In this document: positions 28,428-39,437 of the stretch, in pieces
Layout of the letters: the number at the start of each line of letters is the position of its first letter
How positions within the stretch are numbered: the stretch's first letter is position 1
Source of the DNA: an uncultured Alphaproteobacteria bacterium
GTDB lineage: Bacteria > Pseudomonadota > Alphaproteobacteria > Rs-D84
DNA length: 64,000 nt
Direction of reading: 5' to 3'
Assembly: GCA_947053455.1 (NCBI GenBank)
Contig: CAMRSV010000001.1
Location: forward strand, 96,001 to 160,000
The notes under the pieces: generated by a model
The model's input: the letters and a program-made list of their open reading frames with translations, nothing else
What the model was told of the DNA's origin: nothing
Database searches by the model: none
Made by a program: the position numbers and the translations under genes

Positions 28428-30806
28428 TTACAACTTGGCGCGAACTTCCTCCACCTCATAACATTCGACGCGGTCACCCTCTTTCAAGTCGTTGTACTTG
28501 TCAAACGACATACCGAATTCAACGCCGCCAGATACTTCCTTGACTTCGTTCTTTTCGCGACGCAGTTCACCGATTTTACCATCGTATATAACAACGTTGT
28601 TGCGCAACAGGCGTACAAATGCATCCTTTTTTATCATACCCTCGGTCATGCGGCAACCGGCAACACGCGTGCCCTTGCCCACCGTAAACAATTGGATAAC
28701 GTCGGCGTATCCAATAAAGTTCTCGCGACGTTCCGGCGCCAGTTTTCCAGACAATATTTCCTTTACCTCGTCCGTGATACGGTAGACTACACTGTGGTAT
28801 CTGATGTCGACATTCGCACCGCGTGCCATGTCGCGTACGGCCGCATCTGCACGAACATTAAACGCAATTATAACCGCGTTTGATGCCGACGCCAGGCGTA
28901 TGTCGCCCTCTGTAATCTGTCCAACGCCAGATGACAAGATTTCAACCCCAGCTTTGTCCGTATTAATTTCGCGCAGCATGTCGGAAATCGCCTCTACACT
29001 GCCCTGAACATCAGCGCGCAAAATTATCGGCAAAATCAGCTTCTTATTTTCGTCACGCTTGGCAAACAGTTCTTCTAGCGATGAACGCTTTACCGCATTT
29101 GCCTTATCGCGCGCCTTTTGTGCGCGGTATGCGGCAACTTCACGGGTTTGTGCCTCGGTCTCCATAACACGCAGGTCGTCACCCGCGGCCGGTACCGCAT
29201 CAAGGCCAAGTACCACAACTGGTTGACCCGGTTTTACCGATTTAACGCGTTCGCCCGACGAATTTATAAGCCCGCGCACGCGCCCGAATGTTTCGCCGAC
29301 AACAAACACATCGCCAATCTTTAGCGTTCCCTGACGCATCAAGACGGTTGCAACCGCGCCCAGCCCCTTTTCCATTTTTGCCTCAACCACGTATGCGATG
29401 GCCGGCATTTCCGGGTCGGCTTTCAAATCCATCATTTCCGCCTGCAGCAAAATGGCCTCTTCCAACTTATCCAGATTGATTTTTTTCGTCGCAGAAATTT
29501 CAACGCATTGAATATCACCACCCATTTCTTCAACCTGAACTTCCTGTTGCAACAGGTCTGTTTTTACGCGTTGGGCGTTTGCCTCTGGCAAATCAATTTT
29601 GTTAATCGCAACAATAAACGGAACGTTCGCGGCGCGAATGTGATTAATCGCCTCAATCGTTTGGGGCATTATGGAATCGTTTGCCGCAACAACCAAGACA
29701 ACAATGTCCGCCATTTGGGCACCGCGGGCGCGCATGGCCGTAAATGTTTCGTGCCCCGGTGTGTCCAAGAATGTTATTACGGCGCCAGATTTGGTCTTTA
29801 CCTCGTAGGAAGATACATGCTGGGTGATACCGCCTGCCTCTGATGCAACAACGTTTGCATTGCGAAACGCGTCCAATAATGATGTTTTACCATGGTCAAC
29901 GTGTCCAACAACGGTTACAACGGGTGCGCGCGGCTGTAATTTTGTCGCATCCGGTTCACGTTCCAAAATATCCGCATAAGGCTTCATATCAACGCGCTTT
30001 ACCGTTGCACCGAATTCGGTCGCAACCAGTTCGGCCGTATCAGCATCAATCGACTGATTTACAGACGCCATCATGCCCATTTCCATCAATTTCTTGATAA
30101 CATTTCCGACCTTTTCTGCCATTGCCGCCGCCAGGTCTTTAACCGTTATCGTATCTCCCAGTTGAACAACACGTTCAACCTTTTGTGGGGCGGCAAACAT
30201 TGCGCGCGCCTTTTCCCGGAAACGTTTAAGTGACGCCTCTGATCTGCGGCGGTTCGCACCACGCAGACCGATTTCGTCATCATCGTCATCACCGCCACCC
30301 ATTACGATGTCGTGCAGTGATATTTTTCCGGACTTTTTAAAATCACGATTTTTCCCATTGTTAAACTTTGACGGACGGGCGTCATCCTCTTCGCCGCGAG
30401 CCGTGCGTCTCGTAGCCGGCTGCATATTATTTTGGAATTTCTTTGACACCGGTGCGGGTTCAACCGTATCGGCCGCGGGCGCGCCTTCACGTGCAGCCAA
30501 CTGCTCTTTTACCTGTTCGTATTCACGCGTCTCTCTGGCAATTTCCGCTTCACGCGCTAGGCGCTGCGCCTCTTCGGCGGCCTCGCGGGCTTTGCGTTCT
30601 TCTTCTCTCGCGCGGGCGGCCTCTAAAACGGCGCGCAGTTTTTCATCGGCCGCATTTCGCGCCGGGGTGGGTGACGCGGGTTCGTCGCGCAATTCACGCG
30701 CGCCGGGTGCCACAACGCGACGACGGCGTTCAACAAAAACCGCGTCGCCCTTCTTACTTGCAACCTGGTCTATGGTCACAGATTTTCCCAGTGTCAATGT
30801 TGCCAT
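28428..30806 (-). CDS. infB: Translation initiation factor IF-2
   Basis: [38 protein letters not shown]. Confidence 0.98.
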   Translation of the reverse strand: MATLTLGKSVTIDQVASKKGDAVFVERRRRVVAPGARELRDEPASPTPARNAADEKLRAVLEAARAREEERKAREAAEEAQRLAREAEIARETREYEQVKEQLAAREGAPAADTVEPAPVSKKFQNNMQPATRRTARGEEDDARPSKFNNGKNRDFKKSGKISLHDIVMGGGDDDDDEIGLRGANRRRSEASLKRFREKARAMFAAPQKVERVVQLGDTITVKDLAAAMAEKVGNVIKKLMEMGMMASVNQSIDADTAELVATEFGATVKRVDMKPYADILEREPDATKLQPRAPVVTVVGHVDHGKTSLLDAFRNANVVASEAGGITQHVSSYEVKTKSGAVITFLDTPGHETFTAMRARGAQMADIVVLVVAANDSIMPQTIEAINHIRAANVPFIVAINKIDLPEANAQRVKTDLLQQEVQVEEMGGDIQCVEISATKKINLDKLEEAILLQAEMMDLKADPEMPAIAYVVEAKMEKGLGAVATVLMRQGTLKIGDVFVVGETFGRVRGLINSSGERVKSVKPGQPVVVLGLDAVPAAGDDLRVMETEAQTREVAAYRAQKARDKANAVKRSSLEELFAKRDENKKLILPIILRADVQGSVEAISDMLREINTDKAGVEILSSGVGQITEGDIRLASASNAVIIAFNVRADAAVRDMARGANVDIRYHSVVYRITDEVKEILSGKLAPERRENFIGYADVIQLFTVGKGTRVAGCRMTEGMIKKDAFVRLLRNNVVIYDGKIGELRREKNEVKEVSGGVEFGMSFDKYNDLKEGDRVECYEVEEVRAKL

Positions 30807-30845
30807 TTAATCTACTCCGTTCAGTTATGTGTTCGGGTTTGTACT

Positions 30846-32381
30846 TTATTCCTCGTCTTGAGTAATGTTATAAACCACCTCGCGAGCCTTCATAATTATA
30901 CGCGCAGCCAACCGCGGTGACATTGCGTCTTCGCCCAGAATTTCAATCAGTTCATCAGACGCCAAATCCGCCAGGTCTTCCAGGGACTTTATTCCAGCAC
31001 GCCCCAGCGCCATAATTGTGGGCCGCTTTATAAAATCAAACTCCAGCAAATCGTCCTTCATCCCCATCGCATGGCCTTCGTCTTTGTAATCCTGCTCGAT
31101 TTTGGCCAGATAATCCTTGGCACGCTTTTGCAGTTCTGATGCCAGTTCCGCATTGAATCCCTCAATCGCGGTAAGTTCTGCCTCATCAACAAATGCGATT
31201 TCTTCGATTGTGCGGAACCCTTCGGTAATCAGCAGGTGCGCAATCATTTCATCAACATCCAATCCCTTTATAAACAGTTCTGTCTTTTCCTTGAATTCAT
31301 TGGCGCGGCGTTCCTGTTCGGTCTGTTCGTTCATGACGTCAATGTTCCATCCCGTCAGTTGGGACGCCAATCGCACGTTCTGCCCGCGACGACCGATGGC
31401 CAATGATTGCTGGTCATCATTTACAACAACGGCCGCTGTGCGTGTGTCTTCATCGACGATAATTTTTGCAACTTTGGCCGGCTGCATCGCATTTACAATG
31501 AACACCGCCGGGTCTTCGGAATATAAAATAACGTCGATTTTTTCACCATGACATTCGTTAATAACCGGCTGAATACGTGTACCCTTGATACCGACCGTCA
31601 TGCCGACTGCATCAATTGACGGATCCTGGGTTTCAACGGCGATTTTCGCGTGCGAACCCGGTGCACGTGCAACAGATTTGATTTTGATTATGCCCTCGTA
31701 AATTTCGGGTACTTCCTGAACAAACAGTTTTTCCATAAACATAGGATGCGTACGGGTCAGGAAAATCTGCGGACCGGAATTGGAACGCGCAACATCCATA
31801 ATCAGCGCGCGCACACGGTCACCCACCGCTAGGCGTTCGCCCGGTATCAATTCAGTGCCCTTGATATACCCTTCGGCCTTGCCGTTAATGTCAACAAATA
31901 TATTGCCGAATTCTACACGCTTTACAACACCGGATACAATATCACCGATATTATCTTTGAATTCTTCGTACTGGCGCCCCTTTTCTGCGTCGCGCACGCG
32001 TGCTGTCATTATCTGGCGCGCGGTCTGGAACGCCATACGGCCAAATTCTGGTTCCGGCAACGGATCTTCAACAAATTCACCAATAATTGGGTTTTTAGAA
32101 TACTTTTTAGCCTGCGCAACCGTCAACATTGTGTTAGCATCATATTCTTCAACAGATTGCGGGGATTCAATAACCTCGAACAAGCGTTTAACATAAATCG
32201 CACCGTTTTTACGGTCAATATGCGCCGTGATATTGAACTCTTCGCCATACTTGTGCTTGGCGATTTTGGCGATTGCCGCCTCTAATGATTCTATAACAAT
32301 TTCACGGTCTATCAGTTTTTCCTGGGCCAGGGAATCGATAGCCAGCAGCAAATCCTGACGGGGCATTGAAACAAAAGACAT
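30846..32381 (-). CDS. nusA: Transcription factor NusA
   Basis: S1/KH domains, AIGRRGQNVRLASQLTGW.ID, C-terminal acidic repeats. Confidence 0.98.
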   Translation of the reverse strand: MSFVSMPRQDLLLAIDSLAQEKLIDREIVIESLEAAIAKIAKHKYGEEFNITAHIDRKNGAIYVKRLFEVIESPQSVEEYDANTMLTVAQAKKYSKNPIIGEFVEDPLPEPEFGRMAFQTARQIMTARVRDAEKGRQYEEFKDNIGDIVSGVVKRVEFGNIFVDINGKAEGYIKGTELIPGERLAVGDRVRALIMDVARSNSGPQIFLTRTHPMFMEKLFVQEVPEIYEGIIKIKSVARAPGSHAKIAVETQDPSIDAVGMTVGIKGTRIQPVINECHGEKIDVILYSEDPAVFIVNAMQPAKVAKIIVDEDTRTAAVVVNDDQQSLAIGRRGQNVRLASQLTGWNIDVMNEQTEQERRANEFKEKTELFIKGLDVDEMIAHLLITEGFRTIEEIAFVDEAELTAIEGFNAELASELQKRAKDYLAKIEQDYKDEGHAMGMKDDLLEFDFIKRPTIMALGRAGIKSLEDLADLASDELIEILGEDAMSPRLAARIIMKAREVVYNITQDEE

Positions 32382-32418
32382 TTGTTTTTCTCCTTGCTTG
32401 TATTAAACGCCTTTATGA

Positions 32419-32466
32419 TTAAGGGCGAGGTTTTTTAACCCCGCCCTTAAAAAATTATTTTTTAAG
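32419..32466 (-). promoter_or_regulatory. Hairpin leader of nusA-infB (rimP-leader-like)
   Basis: TTAAGGGCGGGG..CCTCGCCCTTAA hairpin overlapping a second CTTAAAAAA/TTTTTTAAG hairpin, between a TTGCAT-N16-TATAAT promoter and the SD. Confidence 0.45.
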
Positions 32467-32568
32467 AACAATTAGATTATACATCCCGATTACGCAAATG
32501 CAAGGAAAAAGTCAAAAAAAACATTAAATTATTTGACGGTCGGGCTTTTGGGCTTTATACTGCAAAAT

Positions 32569-33627
32569 ATGAAAATTATTAATCGATATTTTTTGCGCCA
32601 ATTGGTGACCATTTTTATAATGCTGCTGATGGTTCTGACGGGGCTGGCCTGGATGGTGCAGATTATGGCACTGATGAAATTCCTGCTGAACTATGGCGTT
32701 AATGTGACAAGTTTCCTGGGGCTAACCATTTTAATGGTGCCGTTTATCGTGTCTATTATAGTTCCGTTCGTAACATTTATCGCCGTTATTTTCGTATACA
32801 ATAAAATGATTGCCGATAACGAGATAACCGTCATGGCGGCATCAACCCTGTCACCGGCACAGATTGCGCGCCCGGCACTAAAATTGGCAACGGTACTGAC
32901 GGTGATAAATTTCATTTTAAACCTGTGGGTGGTTCCGGCATCCCAACGACAATTTTATAACACACAATGGAATCTGCGATATGGTCTGGCGCATATGAAA
33001 TTACAGGAATCGGCCTTTACGCAATTATCGCGCGGACTGGTGGTATATGTGGACAAAGTGTCCGGGCACGATTTGTCACAGGTAATGCTGTCCGACATGC
33101 GCGACGAAAAATCGACAATGACGATATTTGCAGAAAAGGGAAAACTAGTTTCAACCAGCCGCGGTCTGTCAATCATAATGGACAATGGTTCCATTCAATC
33201 AACGGGCGACACCGTGGCAATCGGAACGTTTGAATCATTTGACATGGATTTAAACGTTGCAGAAAAGAATATTGATGACGCGTTCCGTGTTCGGCGGGTG
33301 CCGACGGGCGCGTTGCTGTCTTCGGTTCTGGATTCACCGACCGCCAAACGTCACAAAGTTGTTGTAGGTGAACTGGCGAACCGCTTTATCATGCCGTTTA
33401 TGAATCTGCTGCTGGTGGCGTTGTGTACATTAATTTTACTGCGTACATCATTGTTGCGTCGCCGTGCCAGTTTTGCGCCCGTATTGGCCGTTGGCGCAAT
33501 GGCCAGCACAATGGGACTGTTCATGGCCGCATCCAGTATGATTGAAAATTTGACGCAGTTAGGGTTGCTGGCCTTAACAGTGGCAATAGCGATAACTGTT
33601 GTATTTGGTGTATTATATAAGAAATGA
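32569..33627 (+). CDS. lptF: LPS export permease LptF/LptG
   Basis: IINRYFL, DNEITVM.A, 3+3 TM segments around a periplasmic domain; ATG 7 nt after TTGACG-N17-TATACT. Confidence 0.88.
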   Translation: MKIINRYFLRQLVTIFIMLLMVLTGLAWMVQIMALMKFLLNYGVNVTSFLGLTILMVPFIVSIIVPFVTFIAVIFVYNKMIADNEITVMAASTLSPAQIARPALKLATVLTVINFILNLWVVPASQRQFYNTQWNLRYGLAHMKLQESAFTQLSRGLVVYVDKVSGHDLSQVMLSDMRDEKSTMTIFAEKGKLVSTSRGLSIIMDNGSIQSTGDTVAIGTFESFDMDLNVAEKNIDDAFRVRRVPTGALLSSVLDSPTAKRHKVVVGELANRFIMPFMNLLLVALCTLILLRTSLLRRRASFAPVLAVGAMASTMGLFMAASSMIENLTQLGLLALTVAIAITVVFGVLYKK

Positions 33628-35636
33628 AAATCAGTATCGCCTTTTTTGCCATATTGCCGATTTGCGCGAACGCCATAGCCGCGCCCATGGATTTCAATAC
33701 CCCAAAAACAATAACTGCCGATAAAATAGAATATGACATAAAGTCCGAATCCATAAAAACCAGCGGCACAACAGAAATCGTAAATGCCGGCGGCGGACGC
33801 GTAACACTTACGGATTCATACCTGTCACAACGGGGCGCCGAACTGTCCGGTGACGATATAAAAATATGGCTGGGGCAGCATATTTATCTTGAATCAGATA
33901 ACATAACGCGCGAAAACAATAAAACAATTGCACGCGACGCACTATTTACGGCATGCGATGGTTGCAATCCGATTGGCAACGCATGGGAAATCAGTGCAAC
34001 CAAAATAATATATGATGAAACCGATGAAATGATGCGGTTTCACAATCCGGTATTCTGGATATACAACGCACCGATTATCTGGATTCCATACTATGAAATG
34101 CCCGGCCCCGGCGTAAAATATAAAAGCGGTTTGTTAATGCCGGGCTTTGAATCAACCAATAACATGGGCAGCCAGATTAACCTGCCGATTTACATAAACT
34201 TTTCCGATACACATGACGCAACACTTACACTGTCATATTTGACCAAGGAAAATCCCCTGTTTCAGTTGCAGCATCGGTTAAACCTGCCACATTCGGAATT
34301 CCGAACAAAGGGCTCTTTTACGCGCAATCGCCAAGGCGAAAACCGTTGGCACATATTTAACAATGATGTTATAGAAATGGGGCCATATGCGCGGGCATCA
34401 ATATTCCTGGAACGCGCATCGGATAAAACATACCTGCAAAAATATGGATTCTATGACGATCAGCCATATTTGGATTCTGGTGCAAAGTTGGAATTGTTTG
34501 GCGTGTCCAGCTATATCGTTGCAGATGCGCATATCTTCCAGGAACTGCGCAGTACGTCTGTAAATTATTCAACGCCGTCTGGTAACATTTTGCCCAATGT
34601 GCGCGCCGTATATCAGACCAAGCCGATATACAAGGAAACCTATGCCACTTTTGGTGGCGACGTTCTGGGAATATACGACGACGGCACAACCAGCCAACGC
34701 TTAATCGGCGAAGCGCGCATTGTATCACCATGGACGCTATGGGGCGGCAACCGCATAACGGCAAGCGTTGCCACACGATATGATATATATAATTTTAGCA
34801 ACACGGACATGATTGATGGCGACAAGTTCACGGGGCTAAAGACAAGGTTCCTGCCCAGTGGATATGTGGAATGGGGGTTGCCAATGTTTCGCCCAACATC
34901 AACATGGACACAAATTCTGGAACCGCGCGCAAGACTGACGATAATGCGCCATACAGATAAAGACCAATTTGCACTGAACAATGATTCGGCGGGCGCGTTT
35001 TTATCGGACACCACATTGTTTTCAGATAATCGGTTTGCGGGTCTTGATTTATGGGAAAACGGAACCTTTGCCGATTACGGTGTGCGTTGGGCGGCGTTCA
35101 ACGACAAGGGGCATAATTTCGAATTGTTTTTTGGGCAAACATATGACTTCACCGATCGTGCCGCCACAGATTCAAACAGCGGATTTTTTAACGGTCAATC
35201 TGACTATGTCGGGCGAATCAATTATTCAAATTCAAAGTGGGTTGATTTATCAACAAGATTCCGCTTTGGGCGGGACAATTTTGCACTGCGCCACATGGAA
35301 ACAAGCGCGGTTATCGGAACCCAGCGAAACTATTTCAACATAGGCCATATCTGGTCACAGCGTTTCATAGACGAACAAACACTGGGTGACGATATAAACG
35401 AAGCAATAACAGGGATTGGTATCCAATTGACTGGGCGATGGTCTGTGCGCTTTAATGCGGCATATAACTTTGAGGAAGGAATGTTCCAGCGCCACACGGG
35501 CGAACTGCATTATGATCACCCGTGCTATTATCTGATATTCGGATATCGCCGGGACAATGCATCCAAGGAAGACTATGTAGGAAATACAACCTACCAGTTC
35601 CGTTTTGGTATGAGCATAGAGGGGCAGCGCTATTAA
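33624..35636 (+). CDS. lptD: LPS assembly protein LptD
   Basis: ITADKIEYD, FTAC..C, W.ISA..I, KSGLL.P, F..NRF.G.D, beta-barrel C-terminus. Confidence 0.93.
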   Translation: MKISIAFFAILPICANAIAAPMDFNTPKTITADKIEYDIKSESIKTSGTTEIVNAGGGRVTLTDSYLSQRGAELSGDDIKIWLGQHIYLESDNITRENNKTIARDALFTACDGCNPIGNAWEISATKIIYDETDEMMRFHNPVFWIYNAPIIWIPYYEMPGPGVKYKSGLLMPGFESTNNMGSQINLPIYINFSDTHDATLTLSYLTKENPLFQLQHRLNLPHSEFRTKGSFTRNRQGENRWHIFNNDVIEMGPYARASIFLERASDKTYLQKYGFYDDQPYLDSGAKLELFGVSSYIVADAHIFQELRSTSVNYSTPSGNILPNVRAVYQTKPIYKETYATFGGDVLGIYDDGTTSQRLIGEARIVSPWTLWGGNRITASVATRYDIYNFSNTDMIDGDKFTGLKTRFLPSGYVEWGLPMFRPTSTWTQILEPRARLTIMRHTDKDQFALNNDSAGAFLSDTTLFSDNRFAGLDLWENGTFADYGVRWAAFNDKGHNFELFFGQTYDFTDRAATDSNSGFFNGQSDYVGRINYSNSKWVDLSTRFRFGRDNFALRHMETSAVIGTQRNYFNIGHIWSQRFIDEQTLGDDINEAITGIGIQLTGRWSVRFNAAYNFEEGMFQRHTGELHYDHPCYYLIFGYRRDNASKEDYVGNTTYQFRFGMSIEGQRY

Positions 35637-35663
35637 ACGCTGCACCACAAAAGGAAGAGAAAA

Positions 35664-36482
35664 ATGAAAAAAATATTAATACTGATTGCGGCATTGTTTA
35701 TTGCGCCAGCGCATGCCGCCAGCATTATCGCAACGGTTGCCGGCACCCCCATAACAGATGCGGATGTGACCGCACGCACAAAACTTATGGCACGCCAAGG
35801 CAATGCACCCGCCGATAATCGCCGGGTGGCGCTGCAAAACATCATTGACGATTACATAAAAACCTCCTATGCGTCAAATTTTGATGCGGTTCCAGACGAC
35901 AAGACAGTTGAACAAGAATTAAAGAAAATGAACATGGACGGCATGTCGGCGACAGAATTGGAAATGACACGACGCGCGTTAAAGGCGGATATCGCATGGC
36001 AGATTGTGGTTGCACGCACCATTTTGCCGACGATTGAAACATCTTCGGACGAGATAAACGCAGAAAAACGTGCCCTGGCGGCAGAGCATGGATTGCCCCT
36101 GGAAATGACGATAATCCGCCTGATTGACATACCGGCCAGCGCGGCAGATAAACTAACCAAACCTAAAAGTTGCGATGATGCGTTGAAAATGGCGGAAAGT
36201 TTGGGTGGGGCCCCGCAAAAATTCACTGCGATGCAGTATGAATTGTCACGTGACATTCGTGAACGCGTCGCGGGATTACCTAATCTTGTATGGTCGCCGC
36301 GTATTGATGATTCTGTTTTACTGGTGTGCAGTTCCAAAAAGACGGCCGAATATGGAAAAATAGACGAGATAATAAAACAGAACACAATGTTCAAGCGCGC
36401 TATGTTTATCGCCGACCAGCAATTAAAACAACTGCGCCGCAAAGCGGTTATAGTAATAAATGACGACAGATACAAATTATAA
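35664..36482 (+). CDS. SurA-like periplasmic chaperone
   Basis: Signal peptide, IIATV.G.PIT..DV..R, L..LRRKA.I C-terminus; synteny after lptD. Confidence 0.8.
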   Translation: MKKILILIAALFIAPAHAASIIATVAGTPITDADVTARTKLMARQGNAPADNRRVALQNIIDDYIKTSYASNFDAVPDDKTVEQELKKMNMDGMSATELEMTRRALKADIAWQIVVARTILPTIETSSDEINAEKRALAAEHGLPLEMTIIRLIDIPASAADKLTKPKSCDDALKMAESLGGAPQKFTAMQYELSRDIRERVAGLPNLVWSPRIDDSVLLVCSSKKTAEYGKIDEIIKQNTMFKRAMFIADQQLKQLRRKAVIVINDDRYKL

Positions 36483-36496
36483 ATAAGGGGCATAAT

Positions 36497-36856
36497 ATGA
36501 AACCAACAGATAAAAAAACAAATACTACGCGGGCAAATAAAGCCATACTTACCCTATCTCTGGCGCTATCTTGTTTGGTTGCAGCGGACTTGGTAACATC
36601 GGCTGAACGTACACGGGATATTATGAGAAAAATGAACTCTCTGCAGGAACAAAGGGATTATCTGCGCACAATGATAAGTATTTCTGATACACTCATAACA
36701 CGATACAATTCAACCGCAGCGCGCAAGGCAGCACGGGACGCATCCTATGAATTACAGAAAATTGACAGCGCATATAATCGGGCTGTAATGGAATATGATG
36801 CAAACAAAATGTATCTTCAGCGCATAATTGATAAAATCCAATCAAAAGAAAAATAA
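36497..36856 (+). CDS. Hypothetical protein (TM plus coiled coil)
   Basis: 119 aa ORF, AAGGGG SD, fits between surA and rlmN. Confidence 0.65.
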   Translation: MKPTDKKTNTTRANKAILTLSLALSCLVAADLVTSAERTRDIMRKMNSLQEQRDYLRTMISISDTLITRYNSTAARKAARDASYELQKIDSAYNRAVMEYDANKMYLQRIIDKIQSKEK

Positions 36857-36861
36857 TTATA

Positions 36862-37974
36862 ATGTCAAACAAACCCATTTTGTTTAACATGACCGGCGGC
36901 GAATTGGAAAAGTTTGTCACCGACATGGGACAGCCGCGTTTTCGTGCGACGCAAATAAGCCAATGGTTGCAACGTGGTGCGCCAAATGCGGCGGCGATGA
37001 AAAATCTGCCGGAAACTTTGCGGCACGATTTGGATGCGGTGGCGCAAACACTGCCCGTACAGATTGTAAAAAAACTGCAATCGGCAGACGGCGAAACAAC
37101 TAAATTTTTGCTGCAACTGCAGGACGGCGAACAAATCGAATGTGTTCTGATGCGTACAACATACGGCAACAGCGTATGCGTCAGTTCCCAGGCTGGATGC
37201 GCCATGGGTTGCAAATTCTGTGCCAGTACACTGCTGGGGCTGAAACGAAATCTGTCCGTAAACGAAATACTTGCCCAGGTATTGATTGCACAATGGGAAC
37301 TGCGCAGCGCGCATGCAACAAAATGCAACAGCCGCCCAAACGGCGATGCGAACAACGGCGATGTGTCACATATAGTGATAATGGGCACGGGTGAACCACT
37401 GCAAAACACCGAAAATGTAATCGGTTTTATTGAACGGGCAAATGCAGACCTTGGCATCGGGTGGCGGCGAATAACATTATCCACATGCGGCGTCGTTCCC
37501 GGCATACGCGATTTGATAAACTGGGGCCGGCCAATAAATTTGGCAATATCACTGCATGCGCCAACCGATGAATTACGCAGTCAAATTATGCCAATAAACA
37601 ATCGCTATAAACTAAACGAAGTGTTGGCGGCGGCGGATGATTTTGCCGCACTGCATAATCGGCAATTGATGATAGAATACATACTGCTGGGGCGTCGTGA
37701 TGAAAATGGTGACACAGTTTTATATAATTCATCGCCCGAACATGCGGAACAATTGTCAAAATTACTGGCGGGAAAAAATTGCATGGTAAACTTGATACCA
37801 TGGAACGCGGTTGATGAGCGTGATTTCGCATCCATTTCGGGTAATGCGGTACACCGTTTTCAGGACACGCTGATTAAAAACGGAATTCATACGCGCATTC
37901 GCCGGGAACGCGGCACAGACATCGGCAGTGCATGCGGGCAACTGCGACTGAACAGCGCCCGAAAAAAAGATTAA
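36862..37974 (+). CDS. rlmN: Radical SAM 23S rRNA/tRNA m2A methyltransferase RlmN
   Basis: CVSSQAGCAMGCKFC, MGTGEP, SLHAP, NLIPWN, DI.SACGQL. Confidence 0.93.
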   Translation: MSNKPILFNMTGGELEKFVTDMGQPRFRATQISQWLQRGAPNAAAMKNLPETLRHDLDAVAQTLPVQIVKKLQSADGETTKFLLQLQDGEQIECVLMRTTYGNSVCVSSQAGCAMGCKFCASTLLGLKRNLSVNEILAQVLIAQWELRSAHATKCNSRPNGDANNGDVSHIVIMGTGEPLQNTENVIGFIERANADLGIGWRRITLSTCGVVPGIRDLINWGRPINLAISLHAPTDELRSQIMPINNRYKLNEVLAAADDFAALHNRQLMIEYILLGRRDENGDTVLYNSSPEHAEQLSKLLAGKNCMVNLIPWNAVDERDFASISGNAVHRFQDTLIKNGIHTRIRRERGTDIGSACGQLRLNSARKKD

Positions 37975-37993
37975 TCCGCCATATGGCGGATTT

Positions 37994-38542
37994 TTATTTC
38001 TCTTTAATCTTTGCCTGCGCTCTTAAATATTTAGAAACAATAAAAAATTGTTGCGCACATGGAACATGTTCCTTGCGTTTCTTGCGGTTTATGCAATCAC
38101 CCCCGCGATGTCCACATCCCCATCCGCATGACATAATATATTTGCCCGGCACAACATCAATATTCGACGAAATTTCATCGGGACGAACCGTCATCAACAT
38201 ATTGTCCAACACCCCGCGTGTTATACAGCACTTCGGATATTGAAACTACCTCTGTCTTGAATCAACTAATTTAAATTTCACGCCGTGCCACATTGTATCG
38301 ACATTTCCACAAGGAAAAACGTTTAATTTACATTCAGTTTGACTAATATCTGATTTCGGTGCCGTAATAACACGCGCCGATGCCGACGGGTCACCAAAAA
38401 TCACATGAGTATATTTCGCGGACACCATGCACAACATTGAAATACATGCTAAAATAATCGTCGCAGAACGTTCCGGATATTTATCCAGGGCGCGACTTGT
38501 CAACCTATCAAAATTTACCAAAATTCTATTCATTTTTTGCAA
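37994..38542 (-). pseudogene. Hypothetical membrane-anchored gene split by one in-frame TAG (38246-38248)
   Basis: ORFs 38246-38542 and 37994-38212 share a frame; open sequence FQYPKCCITRG lies between them. Confidence 0.5.
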
Positions 38543-38621
38543 ACACTTATCAGTCTATATTTTTCATACACAAAAATATAGACAAAATTTGCAAAATGTC
38601 GACTATTTTATATAAAAATTA

Positions 38622-39371
38622 TTAATATTTTGATTTTTTGCGGTTTTCGCGCGCCATTTCTTTGGCTTCACGGGCATCACGCGCTTCCTGTATAAGTTTA
38701 ATTTTATCGCGCTTTATGTTTTCAATATATGTTTGTTGGTACAATTCCTGATATACATTACGGAAAAATCGGTCAAAGACGGGCGCCAATTCATCCGGAT
38801 AACAGGTCAAAGGAATCTTTTTAGATCTGTTAGATTCCCTATCAATGTATAATTCCTTGCACGGCTTGCGCTTTGCATATAATTCGGGGTAATTTTTCCG
38901 TGCCTCGCTGTTAAAACGGCGGCTAACTGACAAATCGGGACGAATTCCGACAACATCGCCCAACTTGTTGTCGATAATGTCTGATAACAACGGGTCAATA
39001 CGTTCAAACGCAACAAAATATCCATCCGGAACGCGCGTTAAATCTATATTGCTGCGCCGGGCGATATCCGCAGCCATACCCGGATCATGCTGAATTTCAT
39101 TTAGCATCTTTGGCGTCAAATTTATATCTATTTTACATGTTTTGCATGATTTTTCCTGAACTTCGGTTTGTGTTCTGGACGCAATTATATGTGTAAGTGT
39201 AACAAACCCCAGCACCATTACAACCAATATTAATAATACAACTTTTCCCGATACCCCGTGACTGTTATTGATGTTTGTTTCAGTTATGGAATTATTATTG
39301 CCACGTTGAATAACGGTTTTACCAGATTTTGGTTTTATGAAACTGATAAGCCAAGATAATATCTTCGTCAT
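38622..39371 (-). CDS. Hypothetical membrane protein
   Basis: 249 aa, one TM, own promoter-like site and AAGGGA SD. Confidence 0.7.
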   Translation of the reverse strand: MTKILSWLISFIKPKSGKTVIQRGNNNSITETNINNSHGVSGKVVLLILVVMVLGFVTLTHIIASRTQTEVQEKSCKTCKIDINLTPKMLNEIQHDPGMAADIARRSNIDLTRVPDGYFVAFERIDPLLSDIIDNKLGDVVGIRPDLSVSRRFNSEARKNYPELYAKRKPCKELYIDRESNRSKKIPLTCYPDELAPVFDRFFRNVYQELYQQTYIENIKRDKIKLIQEARDAREAKEMARENRKKSKY

Positions 39372-39437
39372 GAAAACAATCCCTTCCGCATTTTTATAAT
39401 ATAGGATTTATTTCCTTTGGGCAAGTCAGATTTAATT

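Noticed and set aside
36862-37974. Cfr resistance methyltransferase
   Set aside because: Motifs and chromosomal context fit housekeeping RlmN.
38622-39371. Pilin expected after pilR
   Set aside because: No type IV prepilin cleavage motif, and it has its own promoter-like region; treated as an unrelated hypothetical.
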